From Bacilli bacterium (GTDB taxonomy: Bacteria; Bacillota_I; Bacilli_A; RF39; UBA660), in NCBI GenBank assembly GCA_045125935.1, contig JBGVNW010000014.1, positions 15,649-79,648 on the forward strand: DNA of 64,000 nucleotides. Direction: 5' to 3'. Positions 39,113-49,295 of the stretch are shown here, one piece after another. A program made the translations under genes and the position numbers. The notes under the pieces are model-generated. The model made no database searches. It was not told where the DNA came from and saw nothing but the letters and a program-made list of their open reading frames with translations. Within the stretch, counting starts at the first letter, position 1. Each line of letters starts with the position of its first letter.

Positions 39113-40852
39113 ATGAATAACAAATATATACATTTATTGTATGTCCCAACAATGGCATGCAATATGGGGTGCAAATATTGCTACTTAGAAGATAATACTA
39201 AAGATGAAAAAACTCAATTTACAGCACTTGATACTTTAAAATATGCAATAAATAAGTTTAAAGATAGCAACGTAATTCCATTCAATATATCATTACATGG
39301 AGGAGAAGTTACTACATTAAATAAAGATAATTTTCATGATTTAATAAAATATATAGCAGATTACTACAATACTAATAAAAAAATTATTACAGATGCCGGC
39401 TTTAAGTTAGGAACACCACATATCAAAACAAACTTATACAATTTAAATAAGCATATTGACACAATAAAAGAATTTAATGTATCGATATCTGGAAGTCTTG
39501 ATTTACCATTATCCCTTCATAATGAGTATCGAATTACTAAAGACAATAGAAAAACATTAGATAAAATACTAGAAAATATCAAATTATTAGAAGACATTCC
39601 AAATAAGAAAAAAGTTTCCGCAACAATATTTAAAGAACATTATAATCATCTTGATGAAATAATTGAAGATATAAAATTTCTACATAAAAACACTTGTTTA
39701 GATATGAATGATTTTAATTTTATGATAGGTTTCGACTATAATTCCAACGGTATACTTCACCATCTAACTGAAGAAGAACAAGTTACTTTTTATAAAAGAA
39801 TGCATAAAGAATTTGATGGTACAGATTTAGATTATGGAGTAAATGGTCCATGGTTTGATGAGTTTGGTCCAAAGTATTGTCCTAATTGTGACAACTGTGG
39901 CGATAAATTTTTCCTACTTGAAAAAAATGGTGACATTTATTCTTGTGTAAGAGGACAAAAAAATCCTGACTATTATTATGGAAATATATATAAAAATACA
40001 GTAGATGAAATACTAAATAACGCATCTAACAAAATATTTATTAATCATAACAAAATGCCCTTTAATGAAGAATGCAGTAACTGTGGATATTTATATTTAT
40101 GTAAGAGTGGATGTCCGTTTGTAAAAAATACCTATCATACAAATAAAAGTTATACTTGTAAACTACAACAAGAAATGTATAAAGATAGAAACTATCAAAA
40201 AGACGAATATAATGATGAAACCATATATGAATATGTTTCAAAAATGCGAATAGAAAGTCCCAAGAAATATATTCCTAAAAAGAAAAATGAATTATATCCA
40301 TCATTAGAAGAGTTAATTATATCGGATCAAAAATTAAAATATATTTATGATGATAATGTTTTTATATTAAAAGTCGATAATATTGAATATAAATTATCTT
40401 CACAAATAATTAAAAATACTAGAGACTTTATATATATTACCAAAAAAAGTAAAATCACAATTTATATGAAGAAAAATATGATAAACGAAGAGTGTGATTA
40501 TCCTGAAAATAATTCATTATATATAATGTTATTAAGTGGTAATTTAGTCACATATGGTGATGAGAATAGAACTAAACAAAGACATATCGCAACACATCAA
40601 ATATACAAGGGTGTACTCGATAATACTACATCAGATAAAGAAGAATATTATTCTTATGATATAACAAATCTTATAAATGAATACAAAGAATTTTTATCAT
40701 TAGAAACTCCTAATAATATATTTTTTACAACTACTGCATTAAGAGATTATCACTACACAAAACAAAAAAATAATGCCTATTATCATATTCAAGCAATAAA
40801 TTTACCATTTCAAAATATTGAATTTTATTATATAGATAAGGAGTTAAAATAA
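39113..40852 (+). CDS. Radical SAM/SPASM domain protein with C-terminal extension
   Basis: CNMGCKYC, LHGGE, SISGSLD; SPASM C..NGDIYSC ... CSNC.....CKSGCP ... C; about 200 extra C-terminal residues. Confidence 0.9.
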   Translation: MNNKYIHLLYVPTMACNMGCKYCYLEDNTKDEKTQFTALDTLKYAINKFKDSNVIPFNISLHGGEVTTLNKDNFHDLIKYIADYYNTNKKIITDAGFKLGTPHIKTNLYNLNKHIDTIKEFNVSISGSLDLPLSLHNEYRITKDNRKTLDKILENIKLLEDIPNKKKVSATIFKEHYNHLDEIIEDIKFLHKNTCLDMNDFNFMIGFDYNSNGILHHLTEEEQVTFYKRMHKEFDGTDLDYGVNGPWFDEFGPKYCPNCDNCGDKFFLLEKNGDIYSCVRGQKNPDYYYGNIYKNTVDEILNNASNKIFINHNKMPFNEECSNCGYLYLCKSGCPFVKNTYHTNKSYTCKLQQEMYKDRNYQKDEYNDETIYEYVSKMRIESPKKYIPKKKNELYPSLEELIISDQKLKYIYDDNVFILKVDNIEYKLSSQIIKNTRDFIYITKKSKITIYMKKNMINEECDYPENNSLYIMLLSGNLVTYGDENRTKQRHIATHQIYKGVLDNTTSDKEEYYSYDITNLINEYKEFLSLETPNNIFFTTTALRDYHYTKQKNNAYYHIQAINLPFQNIEFYYIDKELK

Positions 40853-41211
40853 TGAAAAAAGAACCTGAAACATATGAAGAATTAATAAGACAAAAAAGAT
40901 GTATCGATTTAACTATGCATTATGGACTATCAGAAGAAGAATTAGAACAAATATACCAATTTTTAACAAATTATCCTCAAGGACAGGTAAAAGGTGGATT
41001 AAATAATATTACCCTAATTAATGGTGGAAATGTTTTTTCAGTTATAAATGCCCAACGTATTAATCTAAATATAGATGGACTTATTATGAGTAATAGTTTT
41101 TTTAATATAATTCCTCACTATACTCCGTCATCAAGCTCAGGATATAGCGGTGGTTCTTCTTCAAATAACAACAATAATAACAACAATAACAATAATAATA
41201 ATAACAGATAG
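40852..41211 (+). CDS. Small protein with Ser/Gly/poly-Asn tail
   Basis: TAATG coupling to the rSAM gene with an AAGGAG SD; ends SSSSGYSGGSSS-N14-R. Confidence 0.7.
   Translation: MKKEPETYEELIRQKRCIDLTMHYGLSEEELEQIYQFLTNYPQGQVKGGLNNITLINGGNVFSVINAQRINLNIDGLIMSNSFFNIIPHYTPSSSSGYSGGSSSNNNNNNNNNNNNNNR
41164..41205 (+). repeat. (AAT/AAC)14 coding microsatellite
   Basis: 14 consecutive Asn codons of mixed AAT/AAC. Confidence 0.9.
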
Positions 41212-41224
41212 TAGGTGAAAATAT

Positions 41225-42241
41225 ATGTCTTTTGTATCAGATAACTTTCACAAGAAAAAACTAGATAAATATAACATTAATATTAAAACAAAGTATATAG
41301 TTGGAAATAACATACTTGAAAGAAATACAAATAATTCAGTAAATGATGATATCAAGAATGGTATTAGATGTGAAAAACTATATTATATAAATAATGAGCT
41401 AAAACATACTGAAAAAGAATTTGATTCAAGAATTGAATATACATTTATTTCAAAAGATCAAGAGAATAAAGATTATACTTGTCCAAATTGTGGTATGAAT
41501 TCCAAACTAAAAAATTTCATAGATGGATGCCCTTACTGTAAAACATATTATAATATTGAGTATACTGATAAAGACTTAGGAAGCAAATATCACTATGATA
41601 GAGTGTTAAGAAATAACACATATAGAATTATTACTGCTATTATAGATTTAATTATAAGCATGGTTTTAAGTTATATCTTTATAAAAGTAACATCTCGCAC
41701 ATTTAATAACTATGATGTTTATAAAGTATTTATTTATGGAATAATATTATCCTTAATATTATATTATTTTTTCTACATAGTAGATGCATACATAGTTTTA
41801 ACACCTATAAAAAAATACAAAGATAGACAAAATCAAAAACAAATTCTTTTTTGGAACAAAACTCAAATTAACAAAAAAGTATTTTTTAACAATCTAAACT
41901 ATGAATTAAGAAAATATTATTATAATCAAAATACCATAATAGATTATGATATACTTGACTATCTTGAATTTAAAGAATATACCAAAAATAATAAGTTATA
42001 TGTAGATGTTTTGGCAGAAGTTAGAATAGTATCATTTGAAAATAACAAAATAACGTCAAAAATTATTAAAGAAAACTATACAATGGAAAAACATAATAAT
42101 GGAACTATCGAAATAAAAAATGGCACTAATATAATAAAATGTCCAAATTGTGGTTCTTCAGTAGATGTTACAAAAGAAAAATGCGAATATTGTAATACAA
42201 CTATTAAACATTTACATGAGTGGATATTAACTAACAAATAA
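41225..42241 (+). CDS. Membrane protein with two Zn ribbons (possible Tim44-like domain)
   Basis: CPNCG...GCPYC, two TM helices, C-terminal CPNCG...CEYC...W.L. Confidence 0.75.
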   Translation: MSFVSDNFHKKKLDKYNINIKTKYIVGNNILERNTNNSVNDDIKNGIRCEKLYYINNELKHTEKEFDSRIEYTFISKDQENKDYTCPNCGMNSKLKNFIDGCPYCKTYYNIEYTDKDLGSKYHYDRVLRNNTYRIITAIIDLIISMVLSYIFIKVTSRTFNNYDVYKVFIYGIILSLILYYFFYIVDAYIVLTPIKKYKDRQNQKQILFWNKTQINKKVFFNNLNYELRKYYYNQNTIIDYDILDYLEFKEYTKNNKLYVDVLAEVRIVSFENNKITSKIIKENYTMEKHNNGTIEIKNGTNIIKCPNCGSSVDVTKEKCEYCNTTIKHLHEWILTNK

Positions 42242-42366
42242 AAAATATTAATACTTAGGCAACAACAATCAGAGTAAAAGCTTTATAAAAAACAATATTT
42301 AAATAAAAAGTTTTTTGTTTGAATAAACTAAAAAAACAATGTATGATATTTATTTGGGTGATAAGT

Positions 42367-42777
42367 ATGAATGAAATAAATATAATTGAGTCAATTAAAA
42401 ACATATTTTATCATATAATAATTTATCTATTATCATTTGGATGGATATTGCTATTTATAATAAACAAGATATTTAATATTGATACTGAAATTACAAATAT
42501 CATAAATTTAACAGTAATATTCATAATATTTATATTAGGAACCGCAAAAGAATTAAAAGATATTGAATATAAATTTAGGATAAAAGATAAAAAAATAATA
42601 GAAGAAAAAAGAAAATTAGTAGAACAATATAAGACGCATAGACAAAAATTAATAAAACAATATACTGATGAAAAAAAGAAATTAGAACAAGAAAAAGTAA
42701 AATATAGTTCAAATAAAGAATACAATATCTGCTTAAAAGAATACTTATCAGACCATAATTATCACATTGAAACTTAA
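42367..42777 (+). CDS. Hypothetical membrane protein
   Basis: Two TM segments then a charged coiled coil; GGGTGA SD before ATG 42367. Confidence 0.5.
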   Translation: MNEINIIESIKNIFYHIIIYLLSFGWILLFIINKIFNIDTEITNIINLTVIFIIFILGTAKELKDIEYKFRIKDKKIIEEKRKLVEQYKTHRQKLIKQYTDEKKKLEQEKVKYSSNKEYNICLKEYLSDHNYHIET

Positions 42778-42860
42778 AGTTCAAAAATCTGGAAGTCAAT
42801 TGCATTGACTTTTTTTAATTTTTGAGATAATATATAAAAACCATTTTAGGGGGTGACCTA

Positions 42861-44285
42861 GTGAAAGGAAAAAAGAAAATACGTTTTATGGCTGGAACAC
42901 TTGCGTTAGGAATGTTTTTGACAGGATGTAAAAAAGAATTGGATATTATTGTAGTTAGAGATAATACTGAACATACTAAGCAAGACTTTACTACTTCTGC
43001 TACAACAGAGCTAAATACTGAAACAAATTCCACTGAAATAACAATCCAAACAGAAAACAATGAACAAACAACTGAAACAGAATTAATTTTTGATATTGAT
43101 AGTTCTAAACCAGCATCAGTATTACCAGAGGGAACGGTACTTAAAGAAACATTTCCTGAAGAAGAGCTCCCTAAGGAAGAAACTGTGATACCAACTGAAC
43201 CAGAAATAGAAGAATTACCAGAAAACATTATCGCTTATACAACAACAAACGTTAACCTTCGTGCAGGTGATAATACTAAATCACTGATAATCAATGTATT
43301 ACAACCAAATGAATGTGTTTATAAAATAATGTCATGCGATAATAACTGGGATTTAGTAAAAGTTGGAGACCAAATTGGATACATATGTAGAGATTATTTA
43401 GCATATACAAATGAAACATATGAACAAGAGCACAACTTTGTATTTAAAAATGATGTCGCAGTAACAACAACCGCATTAAACTTTAGAAGTGGTCCATCAA
43501 CTGATTATCCAATAAAAAAGACTTTAATAACAAAGAGAGAAAAAGAGATAACAGAAGTTGATATGCAGTTCAAAAAAAATGAAGAATTAGAAGTGCTTGC
43601 TGAAGTAGATGATGAATGGTTATTAGTAGAATATAATGGAGAAATTGGCTATGTATATAAAGCTTATACAATGTCTTTATTAGAAAAATTGCAATCATTA
43701 TACCCAGAGTTAGGTATTGAGGAATTTGAAATACAAAAGGTTGTATTTTCAAAATCTGGCCTAAATATTCGTGAAGGAAATAGTATTGAATCAGGCGTAA
43801 TTCGTACATTAGAAAAATATGAGAGTCTAAGAGTATTTGGAGAATATGACGAATGGTATTTTGTAATGACTAATGAACACGAGTTTGGTTATGTTCATAG
43901 TGATTACGTTGAAGAATTAAAAGGAAAAACAGTTATAACTGATGAGAGTGAACAGCGAATGTATATGTATAATGACAATGAACAATTAATATATACCCCA
44001 GTAACAACAGGTAAAGATAGTACTCCAACTGATATAGGTCTATTCAACATTCACTATATGGCAACAAATATATATCTAAATGACAATAATAAAGATTGGG
44101 TGTTTTTCTGGCTTAACTGTAACGGAAATAATGAAGGAATACATGATGCTTGGTGGAGACAAGTATATGGTGAAGAAAGTCGCCATACAAACGGAAGTAA
44201 TGGATGTACTAATACACCATATTCTGCTGTAAAAACATTGTATTATAATTCATCTGAAGGTCAAAGAGTATTAGTTCATAAATAA
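42861..44285 (+). CDS. Lipoprotein with three SH3b domains and a YkuD L,D-transpeptidase domain
   Basis: Lipobox LTGC; NLR/NFR/NIR..G SH3 repeats; V.TG...TPT..G, IHDA, SNGC.N. Confidence 0.85.
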   Translation: MKGKKKIRFMAGTLALGMFLTGCKKELDIIVVRDNTEHTKQDFTTSATTELNTETNSTEITIQTENNEQTTETELIFDIDSSKPASVLPEGTVLKETFPEEELPKEETVIPTEPEIEELPENIIAYTTTNVNLRAGDNTKSLIINVLQPNECVYKIMSCDNNWDLVKVGDQIGYICRDYLAYTNETYEQEHNFVFKNDVAVTTTALNFRSGPSTDYPIKKTLITKREKEITEVDMQFKKNEELEVLAEVDDEWLLVEYNGEIGYVYKAYTMSLLEKLQSLYPELGIEEFEIQKVVFSKSGLNIREGNSIESGVIRTLEKYESLRVFGEYDEWYFVMTNEHEFGYVHSDYVEELKGKTVITDESEQRMYMYNDNEQLIYTPVTTGKDSTPTDIGLFNIHYMATNIYLNDNNKDWVFFWLNCNGNNEGIHDAWWRQVYGEESRHTNGSNGCTNTPYSAVKTLYYNSSEGQRVLVHK

Positions 44286-44347
44286 TTAAATAGAAATTTA
44301 CCTTGAAATTTTCTTGTAATAAAAAAATAATGAAGTGGGGAATAAAA

Positions 44348-44878
44348 TTGAATCTAGAGAATATAAAGATAGGACAAGGATTAAGTTTAGACGTAGCTTT
44401 AAATCCACTACCTGAAGAAAGCTTTAAAGAATTAATTAGAACTATTAAAGAATGTTATAAAAATATGGGAATAAATATTGAGAAAATGAATTTAGAATAC
44501 CACAGGTTCTTTAACAGTAACAGTGTTCTCGCAATAAAATTACTAGAAGAATCGAATTATGAAAAAAGTAATTATATGTTTATAGGCTGTTCCCCAAGAA
44601 ATTACAATGGAAAAGTTTGCTGTGATGTTTTTATGCATGCGGATGCAAAATGTGCCAAAGAAGCAACAAAAATGTCGCGAAGAATATCCCAAAATATAGT
44701 AAATTTCTTTGAAAAAGCAGAAGAGTCCCTTGTGGAAAACGGAATGTCTGATATGGAATTTTCTGTAACAATTCCTCTGTCTGAAACAACAAAACAACCA
44801 GTAAAAAATAATAGTGATGAAGATTGTATTCCTAAAAGAATAGCTAAAGTATTTTATAGAAAACATAAAAGAAATTAG
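44348..44878 (+). CDS. Hypothetical protein
   Basis: Long ORF, no recognisable motif; TTG 44348 after GGGGA is the likely start. Confidence 0.5.
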   Translation: MNLENIKIGQGLSLDVALNPLPEESFKELIRTIKECYKNMGINIEKMNLEYHRFFNSNSVLAIKLLEESNYEKSNYMFIGCSPRNYNGKVCCDVFMHADAKCAKEATKMSRRISQNIVNFFEKAEESLVENGMSDMEFSVTIPLSETTKQPVKNNSDEDCIPKRIAKVFYRKHKRN

Positions 44879-44933
44879 TACTATAGAAAAATAAGCAAAA
44901 AGCTGATATTATAAGTAAAAACGAGGTGATAGT

Positions 44934-45470
44934 ATGAGCGAAGTTCTAAGAACAGAAATTAAAACTTTAAAATCAGTAGAAAAAATTACCAAAAAATTGG
45001 AAGTTCAAGATTATGCTTTCGAAATTAACAACAGTAATATAATTGATGTCAGCGTAACATATTATATGGACAAGATTAAAGAAAGTATATATGTTGATGG
45101 AGAAAAGAAAAAAATTATAGAAAAAGACCTAATAAGTATTCTTCTCTCTGGTAAAACACTTGAAGGCAAAGAAACATGGATTAGTTTTGATATCATATCT
45201 AATATAGATAAATTAAATTCATATACCGATATACCAGTAGATATTACTAAAGATATAGATGAAGGCGAAACATTCATAGGATATCCTGATAAATCGGTTT
45301 CATGGCTAGATTTTTATATGCCAACAAATACAAAGAGTGATATTTTCCATAACTTATCTAGTGCCTGGATTTCTAAAGTTGCAGATAATGTCTTTATAAT
45401 TAAGTTATGTGTACCAAATACTGTGTTCACATACTTTAAAATTGATTTTAACGATATAATACAAAAATAA
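44934..45470 (+). CDS. Hypothetical protein
   Basis: 178-aa ORF with GAGGTG SD. Confidence 0.6.
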   Translation: MSEVLRTEIKTLKSVEKITKKLEVQDYAFEINNSNIIDVSVTYYMDKIKESIYVDGEKKKIIEKDLISILLSGKTLEGKETWISFDIISNIDKLNSYTDIPVDITKDIDEGETFIGYPDKSVSWLDFYMPTNTKSDIFHNLSSAWISKVADNVFIIKLCVPNTVFTYFKIDFNDIIQK

Positions 45471-45492
45471 AAGGAGCCAACTAAGGCTCCTT
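45471..45492. terminator. Terminator hairpin (better U-tract on the minus strand)
   Basis: AAGGAGCC-AACTAA-GGCTCCTT preceded by an A-run. Confidence 0.7.
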
Positions 45493-45669
45493 AATCTATT
45501 TACAGAGGATCTTCACACTATACAGTGAACCTTCCTCAATAATAATGTATGCAAGAAATTAAAAATTATACACTAAAAATAATTAAATTGTATTGCGTAA
45601 AAAAATATGTTATTCTTATAGTGTATAAATATGTATAAAATAACTAAACTAAAATAAGAGAGGGAAATT

Positions 45670-46768
45670 ATGGAACTTAAAGAACTAAAAAGACTGTTTG
45701 AAAAAGCCCTAAATGATATTGAAAATCTATGGAGGTCACTTTGACATCGATGAAATAAAAAAGGAATTAGAAATACTTCAAAAAAAGACCGAAAATACTG
45801 ACTTCTGGAATGACCGTAATAGTGCTGAACAAGTTATAAAAGAAATAACTGACAAAAAAGGCACTGTTTCTATAATTGAAGATTTAAAAGTAAAAGTAAA
45901 AGACAATCTAGAAATTATTGAATTACTTGAAGTAGAACCAGATAATCTATTACAATCAAATTTAGAAGAATTTGCTAATAATCTTGATAGTGAATTAAAT
46001 AAACTAAATTTAGTTTTACTGTTAAATGGACCTCATGATAAAAATAATTGCATTGTCGATATTCATTCTGGTGCTGGTGGAACAGAAGCTTGTGACTGGG
46101 CGATGATGCTATATAGGATGTATACTAGATGGTGTGAAAAGAAAGGCTACAAGATAGAATTGTTAGACTATCAAGATGGCGAAGAGGCAGGTATAAAAAG
46201 TGTTTCAATGTTAGTAAAGGGAACTAATGCCTATGGATATTTAAAAACAGAAAAAGGAGTACACAGATTAGTTCGCTTATCACCTTTTGATTCTAGTAAT
46301 CGTCGTCACACGTCTTTTGCATCAGTTGAGGTAACACCTGAAATTGATCAAGATAACAGTATTGAAATAGATGAAAAAGACTTAAAAATAGATGTGTATC
46401 GTTCAAGCGGATGCGGTGGACAAGGAGTAAATACTACAGATTCGGCCGTAAGAATCACTCATTTGCCTACTAAAATAGTTGTTACTTGTCAAAATGAAAG
46501 AAGTCAAATTCAAAATAAAGAACAAGCTTTAAAAGTTCTGAAAAATAAATTGTTACTAAAAAAGTTAGAAGAACAAGAAGCTGAATTAAATCAAATAAAA
46601 GGAGTACAAAAAAATATTGAGTTTGGTTCTCAAATAAGAAGTTATGTAATGCACCCATACTCAATGGTAAAAGATCATAGAACAAACACTGAAACTAGTA
46701 GTGTTGATAAAGTTTTAGATGGAAATATAGATATGTTCATAGAAGATAATTTAAAAAAGGGGTTATAG
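45670..46768 (+). CDS. prfB: Peptide chain release factor 2 with programmed +1 frameshift
   Basis: ATG 45670 reads to CTT-TGA-C (45739-45745) with internal SD GGAGG (45731); SPF and GGQ motifs in the +1 frame. Confidence 0.97.
45731..45745 (+). promoter_or_regulatory. prfB +1 ribosomal frameshift site
   Basis: GGAGG-TCA-CTT-TGA-C canonical signal. Confidence 0.95.
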
Positions 46769-46770
46769 AT

Positions 46771-47652
46771 ATGAATTTTTTATCACAAACAAGAAACTTT
46801 AAAATATTAGAAAGAATCAATGAAAAAGCACGAACTAAAAGAATTGTAAGCTTCATCCTAGGAAGTTTAATTATCGCAATAGCCTATAATTTGTTTTTAG
46901 CACCAAATAATTTAGTTGCTGGTGGAGTTAGTGGTATTGCGATAATCTTAAAAGGATTATTTGATTTTGATGATTTTATTGTCATTTTATCACTAAATAT
47001 ATTTTTATTGATTTTAAGTTACTTTTTACTAGGTAAAGAAAAAACAAGAGGTTCAATTCTAGGTTCACTAGTTTTTCCAATATGTGTAAAACTAACTTCT
47101 GATATTGGTAGTGTAATTGATATTGATACATCACAATTATTAATTTCTGCTGTATTTGGTGGAGTATTATATGGCCTTGGAATTGGAATGATATTTAAAG
47201 CCGGATTTACTTCTGGTGGAACTGATATTTTAAATCAAATATTGAATAAGTATTTAAAGCTAAGTATTGGTAAAAGTATGTTATGTACAGATGGAACAAT
47301 TACATTATCATCTGCCTTAGTATTTGGAACAAATAAATTAATGTATGCTATTATTGTTTTATATATTGTTAGTATTATGTCAGATAGAGTAATTCTAGGA
47401 ATCTCAGATAGTAAAGCATTCTATATTATTACTGATGAGGAAAAAGCAATTAAAGAGTATATTTTAAAATATTTAAATCATGGTGTTACAGTTTTTAATG
47501 CTAAAGGTGGCTATACAAAAGAAAAACAAAACGTTTTGATGTGTGTATTACCTACAAAAGATTATTATCGTTTAAAAGCGGGAATCTTAGAAATAGATCC
47601 AGAAGCCTTCTTCGTTGTAACGGACGCTTATGAAGTATTCGGAGGTGAATAG
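46771..47652 (+). CDS. YitT family membrane protein
   Basis: GGVSGI, SGGTD, C-terminal GVT....GGY, ID..AF. Confidence 0.9.
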   Translation: MNFLSQTRNFKILERINEKARTKRIVSFILGSLIIAIAYNLFLAPNNLVAGGVSGIAIILKGLFDFDDFIVILSLNIFLLILSYFLLGKEKTRGSILGSLVFPICVKLTSDIGSVIDIDTSQLLISAVFGGVLYGLGIGMIFKAGFTSGGTDILNQILNKYLKLSIGKSMLCTDGTITLSSALVFGTNKLMYAIIVLYIVSIMSDRVILGISDSKAFYIITDEEKAIKEYILKYLNHGVTVFNAKGGYTKEKQNVLMCVLPTKDYYRLKAGILEIDPEAFFVVTDAYEVFGGE

Positions 47653-47653
47653 A

Positions 47654-48511
47654 TTGAAAAGTATTGCCGAAAGAATACACAGGAAAAAAATAGTTCAAAG
47701 ATTTGCCATGCTTATAGTAGGTTTATTCATAAGTGCAATAGTGTATAACTTGTTCCTACTGCCAATCAATCTAGTAACTGGTGGAGCTGGTGGTATTGCA
47801 ACAATTACTAACTATGTTTATGATATTGATCCAGCATTTATGATTTTATTAGTTTCTGCTGCTTGTGGCGTTTTAAGTTTATTATATTTAGGAATAGAAG
47901 AAACTATTGCTATAACAGCCGCAACAATAATTTATCCATTATTTGTTAAAATTACTGCTCCAATAAGTGAATTAATTTTTATTGATTATCATGATATGTT
48001 TTTAGTTGTAATTTATGCAGGAATAATTGGTGGATTTGCAAATGGTTTAATGTATAAAAGTGGATACAGTGGTGGAGGACTTGCTGTTATTGGCCAAATT
48101 TTAAAAAAATATTATAATATTCCTATCGCAACAACAAGTGGTGTTATGAATGCAATAATAGTAGTAATAGGTGCACTATTCTTTGGTTGGACAAAAGCGA
48201 TGTATGCTCTAATTTTAATTTATATTAATAGCTTAGTAATTAATAAAATATTATTAGGTATTTCAACTAATAAAGCTTTCTATATAATTACAACTGAAAC
48301 AGAAAAAATTAAAGATTATATTATAAGAACGCTAGGACATAGTGTAACAGTCTTTGATATAAAAGGTGGCTTTCTATCAAAGAAAGGGAATGTTATTTTA
48401 ACTGTTGTACCTACAAATGAGTATTATAAAGTAACAGAAGGAATTAAAATGCTTGATGATAAAGCCTTCTTTGTTGTTACTGATTCTTATGAAGTTGTAG
48501 GAGCAAAATAA
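47654..48511 (+). CDS. YitT family membrane protein (tandem paralog)
   Basis: GGAGGI, SGGG, D.KAFFVV.DSYEV; TTG 47654 after GGAGGTG. Confidence 0.88.
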   Translation: MKSIAERIHRKKIVQRFAMLIVGLFISAIVYNLFLLPINLVTGGAGGIATITNYVYDIDPAFMILLVSAACGVLSLLYLGIEETIAITAATIIYPLFVKITAPISELIFIDYHDMFLVVIYAGIIGGFANGLMYKSGYSGGGLAVIGQILKKYYNIPIATTSGVMNAIIVVIGALFFGWTKAMYALILIYINSLVINKILLGISTNKAFYIITTETEKIKDYIIRTLGHSVTVFDIKGGFLSKKGNVILTVVPTNEYYKVTEGIKMLDDKAFFVVTDSYEVVGAK

Positions 48512-48596
48512 TGTCAATAGATGAGGAGAATTGCTTACTCCTCTTTTTCTATAAAAAAAAATATGATATAATAAATTACTAAGGTGGTGAATAAAA

Positions 48597-49295
48597 ATGG
48601 ATTTAATCAGAATAAAACACGTTGAAAAAAAATATAAGAACGGAGTTACAGCTATTCATGATTTAAATTTAGCCATTGAGAAAGGTTCATTTGTTTTTGT
48701 TATAGGTGGATCTGGAAGTGGGAAGAGTACATTAATAAAAATGTTATATCGTGAAGAAAAACCAACGAAAGGACAAATAATAGTTGGTGGACTTGACGTT
48801 GCAAAATTAAAAAATAAAAAAGTATATAAACTAAGAAGAAAACTAGGTATTGTCTTTCAAGATTACAGACTATTACCTAAACTAACAGTTTATGAAAATG
48901 TTGCTTTTGCTCTAGAAGTAATTGGTGCAAAAAAAGATGAAATAAGAGTAAAAGTTTTAAAAGCATTAGAAGAGGTAGGGTTAAAGAATAAAATACATAA
49001 TTATCCTGATCAATTATCCGGAGGAGAACAGCAAAGAGTTGCAATTGCCAGAGCTATCGTTAATAATCCGAAGTTATTATTATGCGATGAACCGACCGGA
49101 AATCTTGATCCAGAAAAGAGTATGGAAGTAATGAAGGTTCTTGATGATATAAATAAAACAAGAGGTACAACAATCATAATGGCTACTCATGATCAACAGA
49201 TTGTTAATAGTATGAAAAAACAAGTCCTTATCTTAAAAGAAGGACATTTAGTAAACTTTAAAGAGAAAGGAACATACGATAATGAAGCCATTTAG
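48597..49295 (+). CDS. ftsE: Cell division ATP-binding protein FtsE
   Basis: GSGSGKST, VFQDYRLL, LSGGEQQR, DEPTGNLD. Confidence 0.95.
   Translation: MDLIRIKHVEKKYKNGVTAIHDLNLAIEKGSFVFVIGGSGSGKSTLIKMLYREEKPTKGQIIVGGLDVAKLKNKKVYKLRRKLGIVFQDYRLLPKLTVYENVAFALEVIGAKKDEIRVKVLKALEEVGLKNKIHNYPDQLSGGEQQRVAIARAIVNNPKLLLCDEPTGNLDPEKSMEVMKVLDDINKTRGTTIIMATHDQQIVNSMKKQVLILKEGHLVNFKEKGTYDNEAI

Noticed and set aside
36400..45660. A fourth secA-end copy or integrase closing the island
   Set aside because: None found by eye; CPNCG-coding matches near 41480 and 42140 belong to Zn ribbons inside a gene. The distal boundary is therefore undefined.
45713..46768. ORF-track start of RF2 at 45713
   Set aside because: Artefact of the programmed frameshift; the real start is 45670.
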